Assembly: GCA_017479925.1 (NCBI GenBank)
Contig: JAFVBP010000274.1
Span: 1-40,560 of the forward strand
Length of the DNA stretch: 40,560 bases
Source of the DNA: Selenomonadaceae bacterium
GTDB taxonomy: Bacteria; Bacillota; Negativicutes; Selenomonadales; Selenomonadaceae
Direction of reading: 5' to 3'
A model generated the notes under the pieces. The model made no database searches. It had not been told where the DNA came from and saw only the letters and a program-made list of their open reading frames with translations. The translations under genes and the position numbers were made by a program. Position 1 is the first letter of the stretch; every line of letters starts with the position of its first letter. Positions 17,490 to 26,003 of this stretch are shown in pieces.

Positions 17490-18245
17490 TCACATTGCAA
17501 GCCCGCCGTTTACCGACAGGACTTGACCGGTGATATACGCCGCTTGATCCGATACCAAGAACGCGACTGCATTGGCAACGTCTTCGGGAGTTCCCATTCG
17601 CCCCGCAGGTATCTCTTTGAGCAAAACTTCTTTGACTTTTTCGGAGAGCGCGGCCGTCATGTCGGTATCGATAAAACCCGGCGCAACCGCGTTGACCGTG
17701 ACGCCGCGGGAGGCCAGCTCTCTTGCCGCGGACTTTGTGAAACCGATGATTCCGGCTTTGGCCGCCGCGTAATTTGCTTGACTGACGTTGCCGCGAAGTG
17801 CCACGACGCTTGACATGTTCACGATTCGCCCGCCGCGCTGTTTCATCATGATTTTCGTGACGGCTTTGGTGCAGTTGAACACGCCCTTTAAGTTTGTGGC
17901 GATAACTTTGTCGAAGTCGTCTTCGCTCATCTTCAACAGCAAATTGTCGCGAGCAATGCCGGCATTGTTGACCAAAATGTCGAGCCTGCCCCACGCGTCG
18001 ACGGTTTTGTTGACAAGCTCGGTTACGACTTCGAGTTTTGAAACGTCGCCTTGCAACAACATTGCTTCGGAGCCGGCCGCTTCGATTTCGCGTTTGACTT
18101 CTTCGGCTTTTGCAACGTTGCTTGCGAAATTGAGCGCGACTTTTGCGCCGTCACTTGCCAAGCGCAGAGCCGTTGCTCGCCCGATGCCGCGGGATGCACC
18201 CGTCACAAATGCAACTTTGCCCGACAAAATTTTCTCCGCACACAT
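17490..18245 (-). CDS. fabG: 3-oxoacyl-ACP reductase
   Basis: ATG follows GGAGGCGAAAGG. Contains GKVAFVTGASRGIG...NNAGI...YAAAKAG. Confidence 0.9.
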   Translation of the reverse strand: MCAEKILSGKVAFVTGASRGIGRATALRLASDGAKVALNFASNVAKAEEVKREIEAAGSEAMLLQGDVSKLEVVTELVNKTVDAWGRLDILVNNAGIARDNLLLKMSEDDFDKVIATNLKGVFNCTKAVTKIMMKQRGGRIVNMSSVVALRGNVSQANYAAAKAGIIGFTKSAARELASRGVTVNAVAPGFIDTDMTAALSEKVKEVLLKEIPAGRMGTPEDVANAVAFLVSDQAAYITGQVLSVNGGLAM

Positions 18246-18269
18246 CAACCTTTCGCCTCCCGGTTGAAG

Positions 18270-18298
18270 AATATAGCACAAAGATTTTTTCTTGTCTA
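18270..18298 (-). promoter_or_regulatory. putative sigma70-type promoter for fabG-acpP
   Basis: On the minus strand, TAGACA, a 17-nt spacer, then TGcTATATT. Confidence 0.45.
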
Positions 18299-18331
18299 CC
18301 ATTTTTGCCGCGTGTGTTAATCGGCGGTTGT

Positions 18332-18435
18332 GTTACTTTCTTTCCGCGTGGAAAGAAAGTAACCAAAGAAAGACGCGCTTGCTACGATACATCCTGTATC
18401 GTGCGCAAGCGGTGCGGCCGTCATCCATGACGGCC
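18332..18435 (+). repeat. composite three-hairpin element, copy 3
   Basis: gttactttctttccgcgtggaaagaaagtaac caaagaaagacgcgc ttgc-t-acgataca-tcc-tgtatcgt-gc-gcaagc ggtgc ggccgtcatccatgacggcc. Confidence 0.9.
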
Positions 18436-18452
18436 TGTTACTGTCGTCGTGT

Positions 18453-19637
18453 TCAGCCGCTGTAACCGAGTTGTCGCGCTTTGTCGAAGTCCGCTTGAGC
18501 TTGAGTAATGCGCCCTTGCATTTGATAACATTGTCCGCGAACGTAATAAGCCATTGCGAAGTTCGGGCGAAGTTCAATCGCCTTGTCGAGGTCGGCGACG
18601 GCTTGCGGCAAGTTACTCGTCGCAATGTGGCAAAAAGCGCGGTTGAAATAAGCGATGTCGATTTTCGGATTGAGTTCGAGAGCTTTGTTCAAGTCCTGCA
18701 GACCCTGCTGAACGTTGCCGAGAAATCTGAGCGTCGAGCCGCGATTGTTGTACGCCATTGCGTTTTTCGGGTCAAGTTCAATCGCACGGCTGAAGTCGTC
18801 AACCGCCGCAGTGAAATTGCGTAAGTTGCCGTAAGCCGCGCCGCGATTGTTGTACGCGTCGGCATTGGTCGGGTCAAGTTCGATTGCCTTGGTGCAGTCG
18901 GTGATTGACTGTTGCGGGTGATTCGTGACGCCGTAAGCCGCGCCGCGTTTGCCGTAAGCGATTGAGCTGTTCGGGTCGAGTTCGATTGCCTCGGTGCAAA
19001 GTTGAATCACCGCGTTAAAGTCGTGCGCGATAAATTTCTTCTGCGCCTCTTCGAGCTTGAGGTTGGCTTGAAAGATTTTGTCCTCGGCGGCGATTTCGGC
19101 GGTGACTTTGTCGCGTTCGCTTTGATTGTCGAGTTTGCCGCCCGCTTTGAGTTGCTTGATTTGCGCTTTGAGCTTTTCAATCGTGGCGGATTGTTCGTCA
19201 ACGGCGCGTTGAAGTTCTTGATTCTGTGCGACGATTGACGAACGTTCCTGTGCGCCTTTTTGCAACCACTTGTTGACGTCGTCGGTTTCGATGTTTGCGG
19301 TGACGGTTGCGCGAATCACAAAGCCGTTCACGTCGGCAAGCGGCTGAACGTCATATTTCACGTCGACGACGCTCATAATTCCGCAGGCGATTGTAACAAT
19401 TTCGTCGCTGACAAGTTCCATGTCCCGCGTTTCGGAGTAGCTGTTGATATAGACGCCGGCTTGTTCCTGCGCGTTGCGTTCGGCTTTTTGACGGGCGCGC
19501 TGTTTGGCAATGTCAATCGTTTCAAATTCGCTCATGACGTATTCGTCAGTGCCCGTGTAAGTTTTGATTTCGGCTTCGGCGGTCGACGCGAACAGCAAAG
19601 TGCCCGCGGTCAACAGCGTCGCCAAAAATTTCTTCAT
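18453..19637 (-). CDS. secreted TPR-repeat protein with LPP20-like N-domain and coiled-coil (paralog 1)
   Basis: MKKFLATLLTAGTLLFASTAEA signal peptide, then repeated A.Y.NRG.AY...A..D...AIELDP TPR units. RBS is GAGGAGG. Confidence 0.8.
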   Translation of the reverse strand: MKKFLATLLTAGTLLFASTAEAEIKTYTGTDEYVMSEFETIDIAKQRARQKAERNAQEQAGVYINSYSETRDMELVSDEIVTIACGIMSVVDVKYDVQPLADVNGFVIRATVTANIETDDVNKWLQKGAQERSSIVAQNQELQRAVDEQSATIEKLKAQIKQLKAGGKLDNQSERDKVTAEIAAEDKIFQANLKLEEAQKKFIAHDFNAVIQLCTEAIELDPNSSIAYGKRGAAYGVTNHPQQSITDCTKAIELDPTNADAYNNRGAAYGNLRNFTAAVDDFSRAIELDPKNAMAYNNRGSTLRFLGNVQQGLQDLNKALELNPKIDIAYFNRAFCHIATSNLPQAVADLDKAIELRPNFAMAYYVRGQCYQMQGRITQAQADFDKARQLGYSG

Positions 19638-19730
19638 GTCAAACGCCTCCTCGAAAATTTTCGTCATGATAGCAAAAAAAATCCCCCGCGACAACGTTAC
19701 TGCGGAGGATTTACTTTTCGTCGTCAAAAT

Positions 19731-20693
19731 TCAGATTTTGTAACCGAGGGCACGAGCTTTCGCCAAGTCGGCGTTGAATTGCGGAATGTTTTGCAACCGT
19801 TGCCAACACAGCGCACGGTTGTAGTAAGCGTCGGCGTCGTTGGGATTTATCTGAATCGCCGAAGTGAAGTCTATCGCGGCGGAGCGATAATCCTGCAACT
19901 TGATGTAAGCCAATGCGCGGTTGTAGAAAATTTTTTCGTCGGAGCGATTGAACGCGGCGGCTTGAGTCAAGTCGTCAACGGCGTTTTGATACTGTCCGAG
20001 CTGATAATAAATCGTGCCGCGAAGCGAATATGCAAGCGCACTGTTGGCGTTGTCGTTGATTGCCTGCGTGCAACTTTCCAACGCGCCGTTCAAGTTGCCC
20101 GCGAAATAAAGTTTCAAGGCGTCCTCAACTTTTTGATTGGCTTTAAAGATTTTGTCTTCGGCGGCGAATTGTTCGGCGATTTGCTGTTTGGCTTGACCGT
20201 TTTCGGCGGCGGCAAGACGAGCTTTGAGTTCGGCAATTTGCTTGTCTTGCGCGTCGATTGCGGCTTGAAGATCTTTATTCTGCGCGACGAGTTCGGAACG
20301 TTCGCCGGGCTTGCGGTTGAGCCATTTGGCAATATCGTCGGTGTCGATGTCGGCTTTGACGGTGGCGCGCACGATTAAACTTTTGCCGTCGTCAAGCGGC
20401 GTCAACTTATACTGCACGTCGACGATTTTCAAAATGCCGCCCGCCATTGTAAAAATTTCGTCTTTGGTGACCATCATGTTGACGACTTCGGTTGTCGATT
20501 CGACGAAGACGCCCGCGCTTTCGACGGCGACGCGTTCGGCCTTTTGTTTGGCGCGTTGTTTGGCAATGTCGATTGTCTCAAACTCGCTCATGATGTATTC
20601 GTCGCTGCCTTCGTAAGTTCGGATTTCGGCGTCGGCGGTTGAGGCGAACAGCAAAGTGCCCGCAGTCAAAAACGCCGCCAAAAGTTTTTTCAT
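19731..20693 (-). CDS. secreted TPR-repeat protein (paralog 2)
   Basis: MKKLLAAFLTAGTLLFASTADA signal peptide. By eye it is about half identical to paralog 1 over the N-domain and coiled-coil. Confidence 0.8.
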   Translation of the reverse strand: MKKLLAAFLTAGTLLFASTADAEIRTYEGSDEYIMSEFETIDIAKQRAKQKAERVAVESAGVFVESTTEVVNMMVTKDEIFTMAGGILKIVDVQYKLTPLDDGKSLIVRATVKADIDTDDIAKWLNRKPGERSELVAQNKDLQAAIDAQDKQIAELKARLAAAENGQAKQQIAEQFAAEDKIFKANQKVEDALKLYFAGNLNGALESCTQAINDNANSALAYSLRGTIYYQLGQYQNAVDDLTQAAAFNRSDEKIFYNRALAYIKLQDYRSAAIDFTSAIQINPNDADAYYNRALCWQRLQNIPQFNADLAKARALGYKI

Positions 20694-20724
20694 GTCAAAC
20701 ACCTCCGTTGTGTGACGATAACTT

Positions 20725-20765
20725 ACGCACGTTAAAAATTTCTTCGCGCAGGATTAAATTCACGC
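20725..20765. repeat. 41-nt direct repeat, left copy, flanking composite copy 4
   Basis: acgcacgttaaaaatttcttcgcgcaggattaaattcacgc matches 20893-20933 at 39 of 41 positions. Confidence 0.9.
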
Positions 20766-20784
20766 CGTTGACGATGCGATATCA

Positions 20785-20884
20785 GGCCGTCATGGATGAC
20801 GGCCGCCGCCCGCGCATGATACAGGATGTATCATAGCGGGCTGTTTTCTTTTGCTACTTTTCTTTTGCGCCAAAAGAAAAGTAG
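20785..20884 (-). repeat. composite three-hairpin element, copy 4 (inverted relative to copy 3)
   Basis: ggccgtcatggatgacggcc gcc gcccgc-gc-atgataca-gga-tgtatcat-a-gcgggc tgttttcttttg ctacttttcttttgcgccaaaagaaaagtag. Confidence 0.9.
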
Positions 20885-20892
20885 ATTCTCGC

Positions 20893-20933
20893 ACGCACGT
20901 TAGAAGTTTCTTCGCGCAGGATTAAATTCACGC
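20893..20933. repeat. 41-nt direct repeat, right copy
   Basis: acgcacgttagaagtttcttcgcgcaggattaaattcacgc. Confidence 0.9.
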
Positions 20934-20942
20934 GACAATATT

Positions 20943-21878
20943 TCACGCACGGAGCGTGTCCAACGTTTTGCGCAAGCTGTCAAGATTTTCAACGTTGAGA
21001 CTGCGAATTTTTTTGTCGATGCGACGGTTGAAGCCGCAAAGAGTTTTGCCCGGTCCGCACTCGACGAAAGTTTGAGCACCGAAATTTTTCATTGCGTTGA
21101 CGCAGGCAATCCACTTGACGGGATGATCGGCTTGCGCAACGAGATTTTCTTTAATGTCGGCGGCTTTCGTCTCAAGCGTGCCCGTAAAGTTCGCCGCAAC
21201 GGGAAATGCCGCGTCATGAAGTTCAACCTTGTCGAGTTCGGCGGCAAGTTTTTCGGCTGCGGGAGCCATCAACGTCGAGTGGAACGGTGCGCTCACGGGC
21301 AAGATGACGGCTTTTTTCGCGCCTGACGATTTGAGTTTGTCGACCGCCGCTTCGACGCCTTCGATTTTGCCCGCGATAACCGTTTGACCGGGGCAGTTGA
21401 AATTGACCGCCTGAACCTCGCCGATTGACGAAACTTCCGCGCAGATTTGGATGATAACTTCGTCGTCAAGCCCGATAATCGCCGCCATTGCGCCTTTGCC
21501 GACGGGAACGGCTTCCTGCATGAATTGCCCGCGCTTGTGCACGAGTTTGACCGCGTCCGAAAATTTCAACGTGCCCGCCGCAACGAGTGCCGAATATTCG
21601 CCGAGACTGTGACCGCCGGCAATGTCCGCCGTGACGCCTTCGGATTTCAAAATTTCGTTGACGATAACGCTGACGACGAGAATCGCGGGTTGAGTGTTCG
21701 CCGTCAACTTCAATTCGTCTTCGGAGCCGTCGAAACAAATTTTGCTAATCGAATAACCGAGCGCGTCGTCCGCCTCGTCGAAAAGTTTTTTTGCCGCGTC
21801 GAAGTTGTCGTAAAAATCTTTGCCCATGCCGACAGTTTGCGCGCCTTGACCGGGGAAAATGAAAGCCGTTTTGTCCAT
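20943..21878 (-). CDS. fabD: malonyl-CoA:ACP transacylase
   Basis: AFIFPGQGAQTVGMG...GHSLGEYSAL... Confidence 0.95.
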   Translation of the reverse strand: MDKTAFIFPGQGAQTVGMGKDFYDNFDAAKKLFDEADDALGYSISKICFDGSEDELKLTANTQPAILVVSVIVNEILKSEGVTADIAGGHSLGEYSALVAAGTLKFSDAVKLVHKRGQFMQEAVPVGKGAMAAIIGLDDEVIIQICAEVSSIGEVQAVNFNCPGQTVIAGKIEGVEAAVDKLKSSGAKKAVILPVSAPFHSTLMAPAAEKLAAELDKVELHDAAFPVAANFTGTLETKAADIKENLVAQADHPVKWIACVNAMKNFGAQTFVECGPGKTLCGFNRRIDKKIRSLNVENLDSLRKTLDTLRA

Positions 21879-21953
21879 GATAATCGTCTCCCTTCAAAAA
21901 AAGCGGGCAGCGGCGACAAATTACCCACTACCCACTTTCGGCTGTCAACAAAA

Positions 21954-22901
21954 TCACTCGTATTTGTGCTGAATTTTGGCGACGACGGGCGAAATGCCGT
22001 TTACAATGTCGTCGATAATTTCTTTGACGGACTTGATGTCGTCCAACATGCCCGAAATTTGCCCGATCATGACCGAGCCGTTTTCAACGTCGCCTTCGTG
22101 CGTTGCCTTGTGAAGTGCACCCGTGCCGAGTTGTTCAAGTTCGTCGTTTGACGCGCCCGCCGCTTCCATCTCGAAAAATGTTCGCGTTAATTTGTTCGCC
22201 AAAACGCGCACGGGGTGACCGAGCGTGCGACCCGTGACGACCGTTGAGCGGTCTTTTGCCTTGAGGACGAGATTTTTGTAATTCGGATGAGCAATGCATT
22301 CCTTGCTTAAAACGAAACGCGTGCCCATTTGAATTGCGCTTGCTCCGAGTGCAAAAGCGGCGACAATTCCGCGTGAATCGGCAAAACCGCCCGCCGCGAT
22401 AACGGGCACGTCAACCGCGTCGGCGACCTGCGGAATAAGCGGCATTGTTGAAATTTCGCCGATGTGTCCGCCCGACTCGCAACCTTCGGCAATGACCGCG
22501 TCCGCGCCGCCTTTGACCAGCCGTTTCGCCAAGGCAACCGAAGCGACGACGGGTATGACTTTCGAGCCGATTGCTTTCAACGCGGGAACGTATTCGCCCG
22601 GATTGCCCGCGCCCGTCGTGACAACGGGAACTTTTTCATCGACCATAAGTTGCATGACTTCTTTGACAAACGGCGACATGAGCATCACGTTGACGCCGAA
22701 GGGTTTGTCAGTCCAACCTTTGCACTTTTGAATTTCTTTGTGCAGGACGTCGGGTGGCATGTGACCCGCGCCGATTATGCCCAGACCGCCCGCGTTCGAC
22801 ACCGCCGAGGCCAGCTCTGCCGTACCAATCCACGCCATGCCGCCTTGAAATATCGGGTACTTGATGTTGAGCAACTTACAGATGGCGTTATTTTCAAACA
22901 T
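21954..22901 (-). CDS. fabK: enoyl-ACP reductase II (FMN-dependent)
   Basis: KYPIFQGGMAWIGTAELASAVSNAGGLGIIGAG...AEGCESGGHIG...IAAGGFADSRG. Confidence 0.9.
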   Translation of the reverse strand: MFENNAICKLLNIKYPIFQGGMAWIGTAELASAVSNAGGLGIIGAGHMPPDVLHKEIQKCKGWTDKPFGVNVMLMSPFVKEVMQLMVDEKVPVVTTGAGNPGEYVPALKAIGSKVIPVVASVALAKRLVKGGADAVIAEGCESGGHIGEISTMPLIPQVADAVDVPVIAAGGFADSRGIVAAFALGASAIQMGTRFVLSKECIAHPNYKNLVLKAKDRSTVVTGRTLGHPVRVLANKLTRTFFEMEAAGASNDELEQLGTGALHKATHEGDVENGSVMIGQISGMLDDIKSVKEIIDDIVNGISPVVAKIQHKYE

Positions 22902-22994
22902 CTAATCTCTCCTCCTCAACGGTTTGCGCCGCCCGGCAATCCGATCGATAAATCTCCTAAAAATTAAACGAATCTATTTCATTTGTCAATGTTT

Positions 22995-23029
22995 GTTTAA
23001 GGGACAAGTGGTAAGGGACATGGGACAAG
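22995..23029 (+). repeat. heptad array family C, copy C3
   Basis: gtttaag ggacaag tggtaag ggacatg ggacaag; abuts the plsX stop codon. Confidence 0.8.
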
Positions 23030-23030
23030 T

Positions 23031-24017
23031 TCAGAGCGCGTTTTTGATGTGTTCGACGGTCTTGCCCGAAACGTAATTGCACGCCACGCCGATTCCCGAA
23101 CAAATTGCCCGTGCGTCCGAAGCCCCGTGACTTATCACACAGCAACCGTCCACGCCCAAAAGCGGTACTCCGCCGTTGTCGGCAACGTCAAGCCGTTTTG
23201 CCATGTTGCGGAAAGTCGCCGTCAAAAGTTCTTCGCCCAAAAGTTTCAAGCCGCCGTTAGCCGTGAGTTCTTCGGTCAAAAGTTTCATGATCGTAAGCGC
23301 AAGCCCTTCGCCGAATTTCAACACGACGTTTCCGACAAAACCGTCGCAGATGACAACGTCGAATTTTCCTCGCGGGATGTCGCGACCTTCGGCGTTGCCC
23401 GCGAAATTAATCGTCGGCAGTTGCTTTAGCAGTTGATACGTCGCTTTGGCAAGTTCGTCGCCTTTGGTCTCCTCTTCGCCGATGTTCAAAAGCGCGACGG
23501 ACGGATTTTTTTTGCCCAGGACGTGCTCGGCGTACAGCGAACCCATGATGCCGTTTTGCACCAAAGTTTCGGGCTTGCTGTCGACGTTCGCGCCGCTGTC
23601 AAGCAAAAGTGTCGTGCCGTGCGGTGTCGGTATCGGTGTGGCTATCGCGGGACGGTGAATCCCTTTGATTCGCCGCAAAATCAGCTGTGCCGCCGCAACC
23701 GCCGCGCCCGTCGAACCTGCCGAAAGTACCGCGTCACATTCGCCGTCTTTGACCATTTGCGTAGCAACAACGATTGACGAATCGCGTTTACACCTGACGG
23801 CGTCGGCGGGGTGTTCGCTCATTTCGATGACTTCGCCCGCGTGACGTATCGTTATCGGAAAATTTTTGTCGCCTTCACGGTCAAGCACTTCGCGGATTTT
23901 CGCTTCGTCGCCGACCAAAACTATTTCGCACGGAAATTTCTGCAGTGCCAAAAGCGCGCCTTTGACAATTTCCGACGGAGCTTTGTCTCCGCCCATTGCG
24001 TCGACTGCAATCTTCAC
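23031..24017 (-). CDS. plsX: phosphate acyltransferase PlsX
   Basis: MKIAVDAMGGDKAP...SAGSTGA...GVDGCCVISHG. Confidence 0.95.
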   Translation of the reverse strand: MKIAVDAMGGDKAPSEIVKGALLALQKFPCEIVLVGDEAKIREVLDREGDKNFPITIRHAGEVIEMSEHPADAVRCKRDSSIVVATQMVKDGECDAVLSAGSTGAAVAAAQLILRRIKGIHRPAIATPIPTPHGTTLLLDSGANVDSKPETLVQNGIMGSLYAEHVLGKKNPSVALLNIGEEETKGDELAKATYQLLKQLPTINFAGNAEGRDIPRGKFDVVICDGFVGNVVLKFGEGLALTIMKLLTEELTANGGLKLLGEELLTATFRNMAKRLDVADNGGVPLLGVDGCCVISHGASDARAICSGIGVACNYVSGKTVEHIKNAL

Positions 24018-24094
24018 GTGTTTCCGCTCCTCAAAAAATTATTCACAAAAAAACGGGCAGGTACTCAATGCCTGCCCAAATTGTTTCCGTATCC

Positions 24095-24271
24095 TCAAGC
24101 CGTTTCAATGACTTCTTTGCCGTCATAGTAACCGCATTCCAGGCACACATGGTGTGGGAGTTTAGGTTCATGGCATCTCGGACATTTTACGTAGTTCGGA
24201 GCTTCCAACTTCCAATTCGCACGCCGCCTGTCGCGTCTCGCTTTGCTCAGTTTCCTTTTTGGTGCAGCCAA
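24095..24271 (-). CDS. rpmF: 50S ribosomal protein L32 (58 aa; below the ORF-track cut-off)
   Basis: TTG start lies 8 nt after GGAGG: (M)AAPKRKLSKARRDRRRANWKLEAPNYVKCPRCHEPKLPHHVCLECGYYDGKEVIETA*. It sits between the yceD-like gene and plsX, as is typical. Confidence 0.85.
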   Translation of the reverse strand: MAAPKRKLSKARRDRRRANWKLEAPNYVKCPRCHEPKLPHHVCLECGYYDGKEVIETA

Positions 24272-24284
24272 GTGTCACACCTCC

Positions 24285-24746
24285 TCAATCGAAATTGAAA
24301 TCTTTCAACGCCGCGAATTTCGGGTTGATGACCGTTCTGTCGCAACCGCAATCGCCGTCGTTTAAGTTCGCGCCGCAAACGGGACATAAGCCTTTGCAGT
24401 CCGCCTTGCACAGATTTTTAGTCGGGCGGGACAAAAGCATCTCGTCTCGCAAAAGTTCAGTAACGTCAATCGAATCGTCAAGCACCGTCGATTTGTCGAA
24501 TTCTTCGGCGAAGTCGCTTGAAAGTTTTTCCGTCGATTGAGTCAAACATCTGTCGCAGGTGAAAGTTCGCTGACATTCAAGCCGTCCGCGAACAACGAAA
24601 CATTTGCCCGCGTCGGAAACTTCGCCGAAAACTTTCACGTCGCCGAAAAATTCATCGTCGGCAAAGTCTTCGCCGAAAAGTTTTTCCGCCGTCGCGCTGA
24701 ACTCAAAAGGCAAAACGCCGCCCCTTGCCGTTTGCACGTGTGGCAT
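24285..24746 (-). CDS. YceD-family (DUF177) protein
   Basis: Contains CDRCL...CKGLCPVCGANLNDGDCGC. Start choice (ATG 24746 or TTG 24773) is uncertain. Confidence 0.8.
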   Translation of the reverse strand: MPHVQTARGGVLPFEFSATAEKLFGEDFADDEFFGDVKVFGEVSDAGKCFVVRGRLECQRTFTCDRCLTQSTEKLSSDFAEEFDKSTVLDDSIDVTELLRDEMLLSRPTKNLCKADCKGLCPVCGANLNDGDCGCDRTVINPKFAALKDFNFD

Positions 24747-24779
24747 TTTACAACACCGCCCTTTTCGTGTCAAGAATTC

Positions 24780-26003
24780 TTAAGCGTCTGTTAAAGTCTC
24801 CAGCGACGTAAAAATATCGTCGGGCACGCAATCAAAAATTATCTGCGCGAAGCCGTCGTCGTGCTCCGTTTGTCGAGTGAACCAAACCGTCAAGTCAAGC
24901 AAAAAGTCTTCGCCGAAATGTTCACGAGCCGCCGCGAAGACAAGCCACTCGAACAGTTTGTATTCGGCAACGAAGACGCCGAAATTTTTTGCGGCGACGG
25001 TCTGAAACTTCCACGGCACGCACATCAAGAACAGTTCGTTGACCAAAAAATTTTCCATGAAATTCGCACGTCGCGCCGTGAAAAGTTTTCGTTCGTCGGC
25101 AAGACGGCGGCAATTGTCGGCGATTTTGGTGACGAAGACTTGATTTTTTTCGTCGGGTACGATGCCCAGCGTTTCAAGGAACGGCTTGAAAAATTTTCTG
25201 TCGACGTCCCGAAAAGTTTCGCCGTAAAGACCAACGAGCAATTCCAAAATCAATTCGGCAAATTTTTCTGCGTCGAAGTTCATGCTTGCCAACATGCGCG
25301 GCACGTGTTTCGACAGAAATTCTTTTGACATGTACGCGTCGATTAATTCCGTCAGCGCGTTGTCGTCGAACACGTTGGAAGTTATTTCGTCGAGTTTGTC
25401 GAGGAAAAATCCCAGCACGATCAGCCGTCCGTCGATTGACAGCGTGCGCGTCTGCAGAATTGAAATCATCGCGGCTTGAATTTCGGGCATGAGTTCGGCG
25501 AAACCTTCGGTCGTGCACACGGGCGCAATGTCGATTTTTCCGCCGAGCGAGTGTTCGCGCTGTGACACTTCGACGAATTCAAATTTCAACGGTTCGTCGC
25601 GAAACAAAATCATCTTTGCCGCCACGGGACAACTCAACGTCAACGATCGCTCAAAAAATTGCCCGAAGTCAAACGTCCGTCGCGGATACGTTGCGCAGGT
25701 TTTCGACAGGAAACTTTCGCCGTAATCAAGTTGCAGGCGACACAACTTTTCGTCGGTCAAAAACGGACAACAGCCGTGTTCGTCAAGCGTCACGAGATAT
25801 TCGCCGCGTTCGTCGTTGAAGTTCATGTGCGACAAAATTTCTTCGGCGTCGAATTTCGGCTTGACTTGCGAATACCGGGCGTGCGTCCCTTCGTCGACGA
25901 AAATGTTCCAGTTGTTGCCGCAACAATGCGCGTCGCACTTCGAGCCGTCGCAAACGAAATCGCGCACGTATTCGGGTCGGAAGTGCAAAAAAGTTTTCGT
26001 CAT
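24780..26003 (-). CDS. Cys-rich FliB-family (flagellin lysine-N-methylase-like) protein
   Basis: MTKTFLHFRPEYVRDFVCDGSKCDAHCCGNNWNIFVDEGTHARY... plus HGCCPFL. The ATG overlaps the asd stop (ATGA). Family assignment is from motif memory only. Confidence 0.55.
   Translation of the reverse strand: MTKTFLHFRPEYVRDFVCDGSKCDAHCCGNNWNIFVDEGTHARYSQVKPKFDAEEILSHMNFNDERGEYLVTLDEHGCCPFLTDEKLCRLQLDYGESFLSKTCATYPRRTFDFGQFFERSLTLSCPVAAKMILFRDEPLKFEFVEVSQREHSLGGKIDIAPVCTTEGFAELMPEIQAAMISILQTRTLSIDGRLIVLGFFLDKLDEITSNVFDDNALTELIDAYMSKEFLSKHVPRMLASMNFDAEKFAELILELLVGLYGETFRDVDRKFFKPFLETLGIVPDEKNQVFVTKIADNCRRLADERKLFTARRANFMENFLVNELFLMCVPWKFQTVAAKNFGVFVAEYKLFEWLVFAAAREHFGEDFLLDLTVWFTRQTEHDDGFAQIIFDCVPDDIFTSLETLTDA

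Noticed and set aside
18143-18430. Short ORFs and N-terminal ORF extensions that run through repeat elements. Examples are VTFFPRGKKVT peptides on both strands, MRGRRPSSMTAEITVAIGG upstream of queC, and HYALRI.HYAL upstream of secA and map.
   Set aside because: The same peptides arise on both strands because the DNA is palindromic. They lack SD sites, and better internal starts with SD sites exist for the real genes.
18332-20884. A composite transposon carrying the TPR genes.
   Set aside because: There is no transposase, no IS-like terminal inverted repeats and no short target-site duplication. The observation is kept as a finding only in the weaker sense of cargo bracketed by inverted structured repeats.
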